A stretch of 64,000 bases of DNA from an uncultured Prevotellaceae bacterium (GCA_900319235.1 ONNR01000002.1:165424-229423); one strand, 5' to 3'. Shown: positions 10,006 to 20,202, numbered from the stretch's first letter. The notes: generated by a model not told the origin, from the sequence alone. Numbers and translations: made by a program.

Positions 10006-10202
10006 TTGCCCTAATTTGCGAATAAAGATTCGAAAGATGCACCGCAAAGATACATCTTTCCTTGTCAAAATCCAAAAGTTTCTTCTTATTTTGTCCTTAT
10101 ACCCCTACTTTTTTTTTGAAAATTTGGAGAATTAAGATTTTGTTTTGATATTTGCAAGACAAAATCAAATAACAATTGCTAATAACGATTGATAATTGTC
10201 GC

Positions 10203-11078
10203 ATGAAAATATATAACTTGGTTACCTATCGAAGCTACAGGATATTTGGACAGACCATTACGCCTGAGACAGACCTCTTCAACCGGACATGGATAGTCTT
10301 CGACGAAGCGGCAAAGGATGAGGTGATCATCTTCCAACGCAACGGGATGGTGTGCCAAAAGAAAGGGAATGGCGCTCAGACGATGGGTAAATGGAGTTTC
10401 GAAGAAGGGGTTAAGCGGCTGCATGTTGAACTTGGCAAGTTGGATTTCGTCAGTACCCCTGTGATTTTCGAGGAGATGATGCTGGCCTTCGAGGTCAAGC
10501 CCGGAGAAGTAGTTTTCCTTGTCGATCAGGCACGACGTCATGCATTTGCACCCAAGAACTTCGAACAACTGCTGACATATCTGAAGGACTACGAACAGCG
10601 TGGCATCATCGAGATTGACGAGGGCAAACGTCCCGACTACAAACTCTTTCAGTCGTTCTTCAGCACGGTCGATTGGGGAGAGTTGCAGCGCCGATATCAC
10701 GAAGAGACCAACAGAAGGGAGGCACGTATGCGCACTCCATTGATGAACACGTTGACTGTGCTTATCATATTGGCCCTGGCTGGTGGGTTGGTGGCGCTCA
10801 GAGGAATGGATGAGGTGCGATATGCTTTGAGCATATTCCTGAGAGCCTCGACAGGGATGCAGATGGTTTATACCATAGGCCTGGTGGCCATCCTGCTACT
10901 TGCCTTTGGTATCATCAGGATGTTCATCAGTGGAACGACATTTTCGTCGAAATGGATTGAGGAGTTTGCCGACAGTTGCAAGAAGAACTATTTTGACTCC
11001 CATCCCTACCTTTCACCCCGACAGGTGCAGCAGATACGCAAGATCAAGACCGAATCGTTTGAGAGGGAGATCAGATGA
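10203..11078 (+). CDS. Hypothetical membrane protein (two C-terminal TM helices)
   Basis: ORF with two hydrophobic segments; GATATTTG promoter-like element upstream. Confidence 0.75.
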   Translation: MKIYNLVTYRSYRIFGQTITPETDLFNRTWIVFDEAAKDEVIIFQRNGMVCQKKGNGAQTMGKWSFEEGVKRLHVELGKLDFVSTPVIFEEMMLAFEVKPGEVVFLVDQARRHAFAPKNFEQLLTYLKDYEQRGIIEIDEGKRPDYKLFQSFFSTVDWGELQRRYHEETNRREARMRTPLMNTLTVLIILALAGGLVALRGMDEVRYALSIFLRASTGMQMVYTIGLVAILLLAFGIIRMFISGTTFSSKWIEEFADSCKKNYFDSHPYLSPRQVQQIRKIKTESFEREIR

Positions 11079-11160
11079 AGATTTTCAATTAACAATTAAC
11101 AATTAATAATTAGGAGGGTAACCCATATTTGCGATTATTCGTGTAAATTATAAATTTGCA

Positions 11161-11886
11161 ATGAAAAAGATACTTTTGTTGGCTGTAGCCGCCATAATGG
11201 CTACAATACGTGTAGATGCGCAGGTCATGAAGGCAGCAGACCTTGAGCAGTATGCCAAGGAACGTTATGGAGACAGGTGGCTTGATGCTGCAGCCAACCT
11301 TGCTGAGACACTTACGCTCGACAAGAACGAGAGCCTTACCTACCAGCAGATTATCCAAGCACCTGGCAAGACAAAGCAACAACTCTACGTGGCGCTCAAC
11401 TATTGGGCTGTAGCTACCTTTCAGGACAAGCAGGCCATCACGCTTAATGACAAAGAGGCAGGCTGCATCATCGTCACATCGACCCTTCAGAACATTGTGA
11501 AGCATATCGGCACCATCAACTCCTATTCGGTGAGCATCACACCTGTGATCCGTATAGATATAAAAGAGGAACGCGTGCGCGTAACCTATACCGTTCAGAG
11601 TTATGACATCCTGACCGACATCAGTGGCGGTTGGTTCAGCCTTGCCGAACCCGATGAACGCACCTACGGCGACTCGAAGCGCAAGGCCGGCGACAAAACC
11701 AATGCCAATCTCTATGACGAGCGGTGGGAGATTGCACATCATTATCCCTTCGTGCCCAAGGATTTGCAGAAACGTACCTGTGCCAAGGCACTTGTCATGA
11801 CCCATGCCTATTCGAACGCTGTGCTCGACAAGGTGGAGGAAGCCATCAAGCACGGCCTTGTGGGCAATGATGATGACGACTGGTGA
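11161..11886 (+). CDS. Exported protein, DUF4468-like
   Basis: Signal peptide; PGKTKQQLY..LNYW...I...DKEAG.II and IRIDIKEERVRVT patterns. Confidence 0.65.
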   Translation: MKKILLLAVAAIMATIRVDAQVMKAADLEQYAKERYGDRWLDAAANLAETLTLDKNESLTYQQIIQAPGKTKQQLYVALNYWAVATFQDKQAITLNDKEAGCIIVTSTLQNIVKHIGTINSYSVSITPVIRIDIKEERVRVTYTVQSYDILTDISGGWFSLAEPDERTYGDSKRKAGDKTNANLYDERWEIAHHYPFVPKDLQKRTCAKALVMTHAYSNAVLDKVEEAIKHGLVGNDDDDW

Positions 11887-11949
11887 TCCCTGTTTGTCAC
11901 GATTTCTTTTTATCACGAATTAGAGAATTAGAGAATTGATTTTTGGCCT

Positions 11950-12690
11950 ATGAGGAATACGACACTTTGTTCACTTGTGCTCGTTGTCATGATGTGCAGC
12001 TGTGTGAAACGACAGACCGGGGAGCCTGCCGAAGGTGATGCTTCGGCCCAAACATCGATTGAAACCGTAGAACACAAAGACAGCAATGAGACAGCCCAAG
12101 ACGGTAACGAGATAGCTCGAGACAGTATTGTCAAAGAAGACTGGAGTGATGCTTCGATGCCAGAAGGTATTCTGCAGACATTGCCAAAGACGGCTATTCT
12201 GTGTGACATCAAAGGCTCGTTCGAGTTATACAAGAACCTCGACATCGAGTGCTGTGACGAGCATCCCAACCAGTGGTCATTGTGGCTCAGGGACAAGGAG
12301 ACGGGCAAGGTGATCTTCCTCATCCAGACGAACAACGATGCAGAACCGCGATGGGAAGAGATGACCGACGCCAATGCCCTCGAAGTGCCCCTTGAGCAGA
12401 TAGCTGCCGGGGATTGTGACCAGGTTTCCCTCATTCCGAATGCTCCAGGCAAGGTCTTTGTGGAAGGATGTCCCGATGGACGCAACATCTGGTCGTATAT
12501 CTACGACTTCTACATGCAGCGCATCATCCAGTTGCCTACCAACGAGGGGTTCGTCGATTTTGACATTCAGAATAATTATATTCGTCTGAGCCATTATCGC
12601 TACTATCCTGAAGGTGGTCGCTACTCGGTGATCAAGACCTTCACGTACAGTGGAAGATTCATCGGCGAAGAAAAGTACAACCCAGAGTAA
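11950..12690 (+). CDS. Hypothetical lipoprotein
   Basis: Lipobox MMCSC followed by a polar linker; first gene of a tight three-gene run. Confidence 0.75.
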   Translation: MRNTTLCSLVLVVMMCSCVKRQTGEPAEGDASAQTSIETVEHKDSNETAQDGNEIARDSIVKEDWSDASMPEGILQTLPKTAILCDIKGSFELYKNLDIECCDEHPNQWSLWLRDKETGKVIFLIQTNNDAEPRWEEMTDANALEVPLEQIAAGDCDQVSLIPNAPGKVFVEGCPDGRNIWSYIYDFYMQRIIQLPTNEGFVDFDIQNNYIRLSHYRYYPEGGRYSVIKTFTYSGRFIGEEKYNPE

Positions 12691-12698
12691 AATATCCT

Positions 12699-13913
12699 AT
12701 GAAGAGACATTTTATCAATGCTTTGTTTATTATGGCAGGTTTGACTACCTTGCAGGCACAAACCGCCCGCTCGCTCGAGGAGATCGGGCAGCAATGGTCC
12801 GATGTGGCCATCCGCGATGTCAACGATGGTTCGCTTCCCGTGATGCTTCGTGCCTTCGACCGCACCTGGCACACCAACGCTGTGGGTGATGCACTCGAGA
12901 TTATGGCCAAGGGCACGACGCAGGGTAAGCTTCGCGAGGAGTCGGGTTACTCGGGATTGTATGACGCCAGGAATGGCTACATCGAGGTCTTCTTTGACGA
13001 TGAAAGCAGCGGAACGATGCAAGCCTGCTACAGACGGCGTGCCAATGGACATAGTCTCCTCGTCGTCATGCTGGGCAGTCACGACGGATTTGATGTGGAA
13101 CTGCTCCTCAGTTATGATTATGACCCGCAGGCCTGCAGACTTACTCCCGATGAGAAGGCCATCGAAGGGTTGCCCAAGGTGACAGACCCTAACATGATGC
13201 ATATCCATGAGCTGCCCCAGACGGGGGACGAACTTGAAGTGATCGAGTATTACGGAGATGATGTGACAGAGTATCGGTTTGCCTGGGATGGTTCGAAATT
13301 CGGGCTCAGCAAAAAGAACACACAGTGCTACGACTGCGGTCCCGTCGAGATTGAAGGAGAATACTATATCCAGGTCCCGTTTGAGGCTGCCGAACCCACC
13401 ATCGCCGACTTCGTTGATGTGTGCTTCAGCAATGGCGATGTGCTGCCCGAAATGCTCGGCGACATACGTTCGGCTTGGCATCGCTACAGGATGAACAAGA
13501 CATTGCCTTCGCACACCACGTTCCTCCTCGACAAGAATCGCGGCTATATGCGCTACGAAAGGAAATGGGATGAGGGGGATTATTCGGTGGCAGAGATGTG
13601 CTACTGGAATTGTGCCGATCGCCGACATAAGCTCATTGCACAGAGCATCGCCACCTACGACGAGAACTCCATGTACATATGTTCGCAGTACGACGGCTAC
13701 ATGTTCAGCCTCTACGATAACCAAAAGAAAACCATGAATCAGGCAATACTTCCGGATATCATCAGCGGAGACTACTCTGATCTGGAGGACATGGCTACTG
13801 TTGTCTTTTCGCTGCCCCGCACCGGCAAGGACATCGTGGTGAAGTACTATACGCCGTCGGGTGTGAAGCAGGAGAAGCTCCTGTGGGACGGCAATAAATT
13901 TGTAAGAAAATGA
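12699..13913 (+). CDS. Hypothetical exported protein with internally duplicated domain
   Basis: Signal peptide; two halves share D..(N/R)GY, CY, LP.TG and WDG.KF motifs. Confidence 0.75.
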   Translation: MKRHFINALFIMAGLTTLQAQTARSLEEIGQQWSDVAIRDVNDGSLPVMLRAFDRTWHTNAVGDALEIMAKGTTQGKLREESGYSGLYDARNGYIEVFFDDESSGTMQACYRRRANGHSLLVVMLGSHDGFDVELLLSYDYDPQACRLTPDEKAIEGLPKVTDPNMMHIHELPQTGDELEVIEYYGDDVTEYRFAWDGSKFGLSKKNTQCYDCGPVEIEGEYYIQVPFEAAEPTIADFVDVCFSNGDVLPEMLGDIRSAWHRYRMNKTLPSHTTFLLDKNRGYMRYERKWDEGDYSVAEMCYWNCADRRHKLIAQSIATYDENSMYICSQYDGYMFSLYDNQKKTMNQAILPDIISGDYSDLEDMATVVFSLPRTGKDIVVKYYTPSGVKQEKLLWDGNKFVRK

Positions 13914-15397
13914 TGAAACGATTTGCACTCTTGGCCATCTGCGCGATGGCGGTACTGGCAGGTTGCCAGCAGAAAGGGAAGTCCGAAGGACAGACTTCAG
14001 GTACAGTTGCCACCGATAGCCTCGGTGAAGTGACCGACACCGTCCCCAAGCCGATATTCCTCATCAAGCGGATGTCCTTTTTTGAGATGAACTATTGGAC
14101 AGACGTAGAGGAACCCTCGAAAGAGCAGCTTGATGAAGAGTATTACAAGGAATGCTACGCGTCGTGGAGCCAACAGGAGGCTTTCCGTCGTCGTGCCAGG
14201 CAATATACCCACCTGATCTCGGGCGATTCGGATGTCCCCATTGCCTTCTTCGATGAGGTGCTGAAGGACCCCGACGGCAATACGCCCAGCATCGGGCAGC
14301 TGCATGGACGCGAAGAGATCCCTTCGCTGTGCGCACGCTACAAGCTGGTCAACCCCAGTGACGCGGATGATGAGGCGTTGGGCATCGTCGCTGTCACCGA
14401 CAGTTATCTGCAGACGCGACGTCGGCTCACAGTCAAAATTGGACCGAGTAACGATGAGAGTCTGCTGCCCTTGCCGGATTCCATCGTGACCAGGCTCGAG
14501 CAGCGCTATGGTATGAAGGCATCGCGTTCCTACTGGATGAACACTATCGACGATCGCTATATCCAGGGTTGCCTGCAGTTTGAAGGCGAATATAAGGACG
14601 CACCGAAGACCGAATCGTACAAGCGCAGCCTTGCCCTGGAGGTGATTGTCGATGGCAGCGAGATCTATGCGTGCGAGGTGTTGGGCTATTACGAATCGGA
14701 AACTTCATTCGGCTGGAATGTCGATGACGAAGGCGAATACATTCCCAATTGCATCGAATGCGCCTTCGAAGGCCCCAATGGCCTGGAGCTTTGCTATACC
14801 CGCTCGGCGGTTGAGAGCTTCACGGTAGGCATGGCCTATGTGCGGGACGGGAAATATGTGCTGGATCAGTTCGACATGTACCAGTACATGATCGACGAGG
14901 AGATTCCCGTCTGGAAGGCCGACTTCGCCAAGATGAAGGAACTGTATCGGGGCGCTGCAGCCAAGGAAGACAAGGATGTCGAACTGACCAAATGGGCCCA
15001 CTGCTACATTGACTCGAGCAACGAATGGATCTGGTTGCGCGACAGCCTCGACCAGCGTGGGGCCTTCTTCATCCGCAAGGACGGGCAGTTCCGGCTTGTG
15101 GCCCTTGAGACACCGCAGCTCAAGCCCAAGGAGATGAACCGTAACTACAATGTGTACTACTTGTGCCTTTCCAGCCCTGAAGACGGAATGACCGTTCGCA
15201 CACAGGTCTTCGCCTTCAAGGATGGCGAGCAGATCGAGGAGTTTTCGGCCCTGAAGGTCAATGGCATCTTTACCGAATGCCAAATGAACGGCAAGTCGAT
15301 CAGTCCAGCTGAAGGAAAGGCGTACATCGACAAGCTTCCCGAACGGGAGGATATCACCGCCTATTTTAGCAACATCGAGGGAGGAGACTACTTCTAA
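13910..15397 (+). CDS. Hypothetical lipoprotein
   Basis: Lipobox VLAGC; ATGA overlap with the preceding stop codon. Confidence 0.78.
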   Translation: MMKRFALLAICAMAVLAGCQQKGKSEGQTSGTVATDSLGEVTDTVPKPIFLIKRMSFFEMNYWTDVEEPSKEQLDEEYYKECYASWSQQEAFRRRARQYTHLISGDSDVPIAFFDEVLKDPDGNTPSIGQLHGREEIPSLCARYKLVNPSDADDEALGIVAVTDSYLQTRRRLTVKIGPSNDESLLPLPDSIVTRLEQRYGMKASRSYWMNTIDDRYIQGCLQFEGEYKDAPKTESYKRSLALEVIVDGSEIYACEVLGYYESETSFGWNVDDEGEYIPNCIECAFEGPNGLELCYTRSAVESFTVGMAYVRDGKYVLDQFDMYQYMIDEEIPVWKADFAKMKELYRGAAAKEDKDVELTKWAHCYIDSSNEWIWLRDSLDQRGAFFIRKDGQFRLVALETPQLKPKEMNRNYNVYYLCLSSPEDGMTVRTQVFAFKDGEQIEEFSALKVNGIFTECQMNGKSISPAEGKAYIDKLPEREDITAYFSNIEGGDYF

Positions 15398-15421
15398 CGC
15401 CCTTTTCTGACAATAATCATT

Positions 15422-15470
15422 GACGGACGCGACAGATCCAGCAGGGTCTTGTCGCGTCTGTCGTCTTTTG
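15422..15470 (+). terminator. Probable intrinsic terminator
   Basis: GACGGACGCGACAGATCC / GGGTCTTGTCGCGTCTGTC imperfect hairpin followed by a short T-run. Confidence 0.55.
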
Positions 15471-15768
15471 GGCATCCTGTCGCTACAGACCACATAGAAA
15501 GTGATAAGAATGTTTGGAGCACTCACGAAAAGCCCGTACCTTTGCAGCGTCAAAATCAAGGAAACACTTGACAAGACACGAAACAAACAAGATTTTTCAA
15601 CATTAAAGAAATAAACAATGATTCGCATGTATGCAATGGTCTGTGGGCTGACCTTTCTGAGAGCCCAAGCGCAGATTCTTCCGAAGAACGAAGCTGACAT
15701 CAAGTCGAATAAAATCATCAACAATAACAATAATCAAAAACAACAATAACTCAAAAACTTCAAGCTAT

Positions 15769-16488
15769 ATGAAAAAGATTATGCTTATGGCCACAATGAT
15801 GGTGGCAACACTTACAGCCAGTGCACAGTATGATGCAGGTACCTGGTCGCTCAACGTACGTTACGGTTTCACAGGAGCAACGATGCTCAACACCCCCGAT
15901 ATGGATCTCAGCCTCGCTCTTGGCCCCGGTTCTTCCATTAACCTGCCCGGCGGCGATTTGAAGGCTTCTGCCACAGGAGGCCATGTGGTGGGCCTTGAGC
16001 TCGAAAAACAGCTGACCAAGAGGTTCAGCATCTCGGGTGGCCTCGATTGGCTTATGGCTGGAACAGGTTGGAAAGACCACAAGTGGAAAGATGGCGATGT
16101 CGAATACAAGCTCAAGGATGCTTCAGTCAAGACATATTACCTGGCCGTTCCCGTTACCGCCAACCTCTATATCTGGAAAGGCTTGGCTTTGCACGCCGGA
16201 GTACAGGCTGCATACCTTACCGGTGCACGAAGGGAGGGCACGGTGACCTATAAGGAAGATGCCGACTACACTGTCAGCATGAGCTTGAGTGACAGGTCGG
16301 AGTTCAACAAGATTGATATCTCGATTCCTGTCGGCATCAGCTACGAATGGAGCAACCATCTCTTCGTCGATGCACGTTACAACATCGGTCTGTCGAATGT
16401 CACCAAGGAGAAGACCTACGAGGACAAGGATTTGAAGAATGCCTATCTCCAGCTCTCTGTCGGTTACAAGATCAAACTCAATCGCTAA
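15769..16488 (+). CDS. Outer-membrane beta-barrel (porin family) protein
   Basis: Signal peptide ..TASAQ, YLAVPVTAN.YI.KGL, DISIPVGISYE, DARYNIGL, QLSVGYK. Confidence 0.88.
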   Translation: MKKIMLMATMMVATLTASAQYDAGTWSLNVRYGFTGATMLNTPDMDLSLALGPGSSINLPGGDLKASATGGHVVGLELEKQLTKRFSISGGLDWLMAGTGWKDHKWKDGDVEYKLKDASVKTYYLAVPVTANLYIWKGLALHAGVQAAYLTGARREGTVTYKEDADYTVSMSLSDRSEFNKIDISIPVGISYEWSNHLFVDARYNIGLSNVTKEKTYEDKDLKNAYLQLSVGYKIKLNR

Positions 16489-16514
16489 TATATCAAATCA
16501 AATAAAAACTCAAG

Positions 16515-17375
16515 ATGAAAAAGTTTCTCATATTGGCCGTAGCCGCCGTAATGGCTTCAATGAACATTAACGCACAGAATGAGGCTGCACAACCATACTA
16601 CGAATTGAACGAGATGCCCGAACTGCTCGAAATCATGCCCGAACCACCGGCTTTCGACAGCCCAGAGTTTGCCAACGACGTTGTTCGCTACTGTTGGGGC
16701 AAGCAGCAGCGTATGGATCCCGAACGTGTGGCTTTGGCCATCGCTGATGCCGAGTGGGACGACCTGACCAAATTCTTCGGACAGTATGCCGAAGCCTTCG
16801 GCCTGACCATCACCCCCGAGGATACCCCCGAGATCTATAAACTGCTCGAAACTAGCCTCGCTACCACCGATCCTATGCGCAAGAAGTGCAAGGCATACTA
16901 TGGTCGTCAGCGTCCTTTCGAGCGTTTCGACGAAGCCATGCCTTCGCATGAGGAGGACGACCTGCGCGGTGAAGGCAGTTATCCTTCGGGCCACTCTCTG
17001 CGTGGCTGGGGCGTTGCCCTGCTACTGGCTCAGATTGCTCCTGAACGTGCCAACGAGATCTTCAAGCGTGGTTGGGACTACTGCAACAGCCGTGTCATCG
17101 TAGGTGCCCACTGGCAGAGCGATGTGGATGCAAGCCGTACGGCTGCCAGCATTGGCTTCTGCGCCCTGCAGGGCAGTCCCGAATTCCGCGCCCAGATGGA
17201 GAAGGCTCAGGAGGAATATGCCGTGAAGACCGGACAGACAGTGGGCGTCGAGACAGTGGCTGCGGCTGCGCAGGCTCCTGCCCAGCAGTACATCTTCCGC
17301 GTCGATGGAAGCCGTACTGCCGAACAGACACGTGGCATCAAGGTCCAGAACGGACGTAAGTATGTTACTCAGTAA
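16515..17375 (+). CDS. PAP2 / class A non-specific acid phosphatase
   Basis: K......RP, SYPSGH and SRVIVGAHWQSDV motifs; signal peptide; T9SS-like C-terminal tail. Confidence 0.9.
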   Translation: MKKFLILAVAAVMASMNINAQNEAAQPYYELNEMPELLEIMPEPPAFDSPEFANDVVRYCWGKQQRMDPERVALAIADAEWDDLTKFFGQYAEAFGLTITPEDTPEIYKLLETSLATTDPMRKKCKAYYGRQRPFERFDEAMPSHEEDDLRGEGSYPSGHSLRGWGVALLLAQIAPERANEIFKRGWDYCNSRVIVGAHWQSDVDASRTAASIGFCALQGSPEFRAQMEKAQEEYAVKTGQTVGVETVAAAAQAPAQQYIFRVDGSRTAEQTRGIKVQNGRKYVTQ

Positions 17376-17492
17376 AAAAAGAACAGCATAAATGGTTTTA
17401 TAATAAAAAAATTCCCGATACTTTTGGAAGTGTCGGGAATTATCTTTATATTTGCGGCGTCAAACCGTGAAACTTATAAAAAGACAATACTT

Positions 17493-18419
17493 ATGAAAAA
17501 ACTATTTACTCTGCTCCTGGTCCTCTTCGCCGCCCTTCAGGCGATGGCCTATGATTTCCAGGCAACGATGTCCGACGGACGAGTCCTTTATTTCAATGTC
17601 CTTTCGAAGAATGAGTGCGAGGTGTCGCGCATGTACTACACCGAGCGAAATGCTTCGTACGTGAGTGGTAGCCTTGTCATTCCTACCCAGGTCACCGATG
17701 CCGAGGGCACGCGCTACACCGTTGTCGGTATCGGCAAGTCGGCTTTCGTGCATTGCCGCAGCCTGACTGCTGTTACTGTGCCAGCCACCGTGACCTACAT
17801 CGACAATGCTGCCTTCCAGAAGTGTCGCAGCCTGACCACCGTGAATCTTCCCGATGCCATAACAAGCATCGGCGATGAGGCGTTCGAGGAATGCAGTTCG
17901 CTCACCGAGCTCACGTTGCCACGCAGCGTCCAGAAAATCGGTATCGAAGCTTTTGAGGACTGCGAAGCGATGAAGGCGCTTTATGTCAATAGCCCCGAGC
18001 CGCCGACAGTGGCTCCTTCCGCTTTCCCGCTGAACGACAACAATAAGGTGCCATTTACCCTCTATGTGCCCTACGGTACATATTCGGCCTATCGCAATGC
18101 CAACTATTGGAGTGCATTCAGCGACATTCGCGAGACGGGAGGCAATGGCCAGCAGAACTATGGCCAGCAAGGCTATAACCAACAAGGCTCTGCGGTCAAT
18201 ACGCTAACGTCGGACAACAATGCCTATACGTCACCTGCAGGTAATTACCAGCCCAGCGAATACTATGGTTCTGCTGATGAAGTCAATGATCTACAGCGCC
18301 AGGTTATCGACCTGCAGCAGCAGAATGCCCGCCTCAAGGATGCCATCTATCAGGCGCTATTCAGCTCGAACCTCGACGAGTGCAAACGTGTGCTCAGGGA
18401 GGCTGTTTCCGCTCGATAA
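17493..18419 (+). CDS. BspA-type leucine-rich repeat protein
   Basis: IG..AF..C.SLT.V.LP repeats, TLYVP.GT...Y..A..WS.F, signal peptide; start reassigned to ATG 17493. Confidence 0.88.
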   Translation: MKKLFTLLLVLFAALQAMAYDFQATMSDGRVLYFNVLSKNECEVSRMYYTERNASYVSGSLVIPTQVTDAEGTRYTVVGIGKSAFVHCRSLTAVTVPATVTYIDNAAFQKCRSLTTVNLPDAITSIGDEAFEECSSLTELTLPRSVQKIGIEAFEDCEAMKALYVNSPEPPTVAPSAFPLNDNNKVPFTLYVPYGTYSAYRNANYWSAFSDIRETGGNGQQNYGQQGYNQQGSAVNTLTSDNNAYTSPAGNYQPSEYYGSADEVNDLQRQVIDLQQQNARLKDAIYQALFSSNLDECKRVLREAVSAR

Positions 18420-18427
18420 TCGGTCTG

Positions 18428-20074
18428 CTACTTTTTGATTCTGATAACAGGGGCAATGCCATTGAGCGGCAATTCGGGCAATGTCACTACGAGTCCCTCC
18501 TTCGTGCGTTCATATTTCAGTTTGCCGTATCCCAACAACTCCACTCTCGAGATTCCTCCTGGGTGGAGTTTGCTGTTCTTTGCCAATGAACGGATGATGA
18601 TCTGATGATTGCCGGGCCAACCCAATGGGGTAACATAGATGTACTTCGCGGTTTGGGTGAAACGTATGTCGCGTGCATCGGCCTTTGTGTAGTTGCCATC
18701 GTTGAAGCCTTGCGCATTGATGGCAATTGTGGTTTCGGCTATTGGGCCTTCGCCGAAGACCTTCCACGGACGTGTTCCGATGATGCTTTCCTTGTTGATC
18801 TTCATCCAGGCACCGAATTCCTTCAGGATTGCTTCTTCCTTCTCGTCGAAGGTGCCGTCGGCACGCAGAGGCACGGAGAGCAGCATATTGCCGTTTTTCG
18901 AAACGATATCAACCAGCAGTTTGACCACTGTGGCAGCACTCTTGTAGGTGCCTTTCTCATAGATGTCGGTATTGTAGTGCCAGCCACCGATGCAATTGCA
19001 GCATTGCCATGGCTCGGGCTGAATCTCATTTGGGGCACCTCGCTCCACGTCCCAAACCAAAGCCTGTCGCTGCTGGTCGTTCTCCAATATTTTGCCGAAG
19101 ACTACTGCCTGGTTCTTTCCTCCGTGGGTAGCCATGCTGTGGTTGTACATGTGTGCGGTGATCTTCATTCCTGCATCGCTTACGGGATAGAAGGGAAGCA
19201 CGGTGACATCGAAATAGAGCAAGTCGGGATTGTAACGGTTGATGGCATCGAGAGTGCGGTTGTAGAAGTTGGTGGCAAATTCTTGCGAAGGAGGGCAGGC
19301 TCCGTTGCCCCATCCCCATTGGCGATGAATCATTCCATTTGCCCAGGTGCCCTCGCTCAGCGGATGGTTCTGGGCATAGAGTTCCTGCGGGTCGTAACCT
19401 TCCCACCATGTTCCTTTACCGTCTTCCTTCGTCAGCCAGCCATCGTAGGGCACGCCCATCTTGTCGCCCTTGGTGTCGTAGCGGCGAGAAGGTTCGTACC
19501 ACGTCCACGCATGGTCGGCATGGAATGAGATGCCGAAGGGCAAGCCTGCCTTTTTGGCAGCAGCGGCCCAACCGGCCAGGATGTCCTTGTGAGGGCCGAT
19601 GTTCATCGAGTTCCAGCGCTGGTACTTGCTGTCCCAAAGGTCGAAGTTGTCGTGATGATTGCCCAACGCGAAGAAATATTGTGCGCCAATCTCCTTGTAG
19701 AACTGCACCAGCGAATCAGGATTCCAGCGTTCAGCCTTGAAAAGGGGCAGGATGTCCTTGAAGCCTACCTCTGAAGGATGTCCGTAGTGTTCACGGTGAT
19801 ATTCATATTGGCTCGAACCTTCTTGATAGAGGCCTCGTGCCATCCAGTCACCCGAGCCCTCTACGCATTGAGGCCCCCAGTGTGCCCAAATGCCGAACTT
19901 GGCATTGCAGAACCATTCCGGCACCTCGTAGGTGCTGAGTGATTCCCACGTAGGTTCAAACTTGCCAGTTGCCATAGGTTCGTCATCTTCGAGAACTGGG
20001 ATTGAAAAATCCTGGGCACTGATTGGCATCACAGTCAATGCTGCAATACATGCAATTAGATTGTAATACTTCAT
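18428..20074 (-). CDS. Alpha-L-fucosidase, GH29
   Basis: PTWESL..Y.VPEWF..AKFGIWAHWGPQ, HHDNFDLW, YFD nucleophile region, DIVSKNGNMLL. Confidence 0.92.
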   Translation of the reverse strand: MKYYNLIACIAALTVMPISAQDFSIPVLEDDEPMATGKFEPTWESLSTYEVPEWFCNAKFGIWAHWGPQCVEGSGDWMARGLYQEGSSQYEYHREHYGHPSEVGFKDILPLFKAERWNPDSLVQFYKEIGAQYFFALGNHHDNFDLWDSKYQRWNSMNIGPHKDILAGWAAAAKKAGLPFGISFHADHAWTWYEPSRRYDTKGDKMGVPYDGWLTKEDGKGTWWEGYDPQELYAQNHPLSEGTWANGMIHRQWGWGNGACPPSQEFATNFYNRTLDAINRYNPDLLYFDVTVLPFYPVSDAGMKITAHMYNHSMATHGGKNQAVVFGKILENDQQRQALVWDVERGAPNEIQPEPWQCCNCIGGWHYNTDIYEKGTYKSAATVVKLLVDIVSKNGNMLLSVPLRADGTFDEKEEAILKEFGAWMKINKESIIGTRPWKVFGEGPIAETTIAINAQGFNDGNYTKADARDIRFTQTAKYIYVTPLGWPGNHQIIIRSLAKNSKLHPGGISRVELLGYGKLKYERTKEGLVVTLPELPLNGIAPVIRIKK

Positions 20075-20107
20075 AATAATATGATTTAAGTAGGTGAAAA
20101 TGGAAAC

Positions 20108-20138
20108 GGGGAGAAGACATACTTTATGGCTTCTCCCC
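20108..20138 (-). terminator. Hairpin between susD and the GH29 gene
   Basis: GGGGAGAAG..CTTCTCCCC stem followed on the minus strand by GTTTCCATTTT. Confidence 0.55.
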
Positions 20139-20202
20139 TCATACACACATCTAATATTAACCTAACACGTGGTTCGAAACAGGGGAAGAGTATGTCGACA
20201 TA

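Noticed and set aside
11085-11112. CAATTAA 7-bp tandem repeat, and the 8-bp-period tract near 35530-35580
   Set aside because: Short low-complexity intergenic repeats with no further supporting structure.
9010-18419. Integron-like cassette array or prophage
   Set aside because: No repeated recombination sites between genes and no integrase or phage genes.
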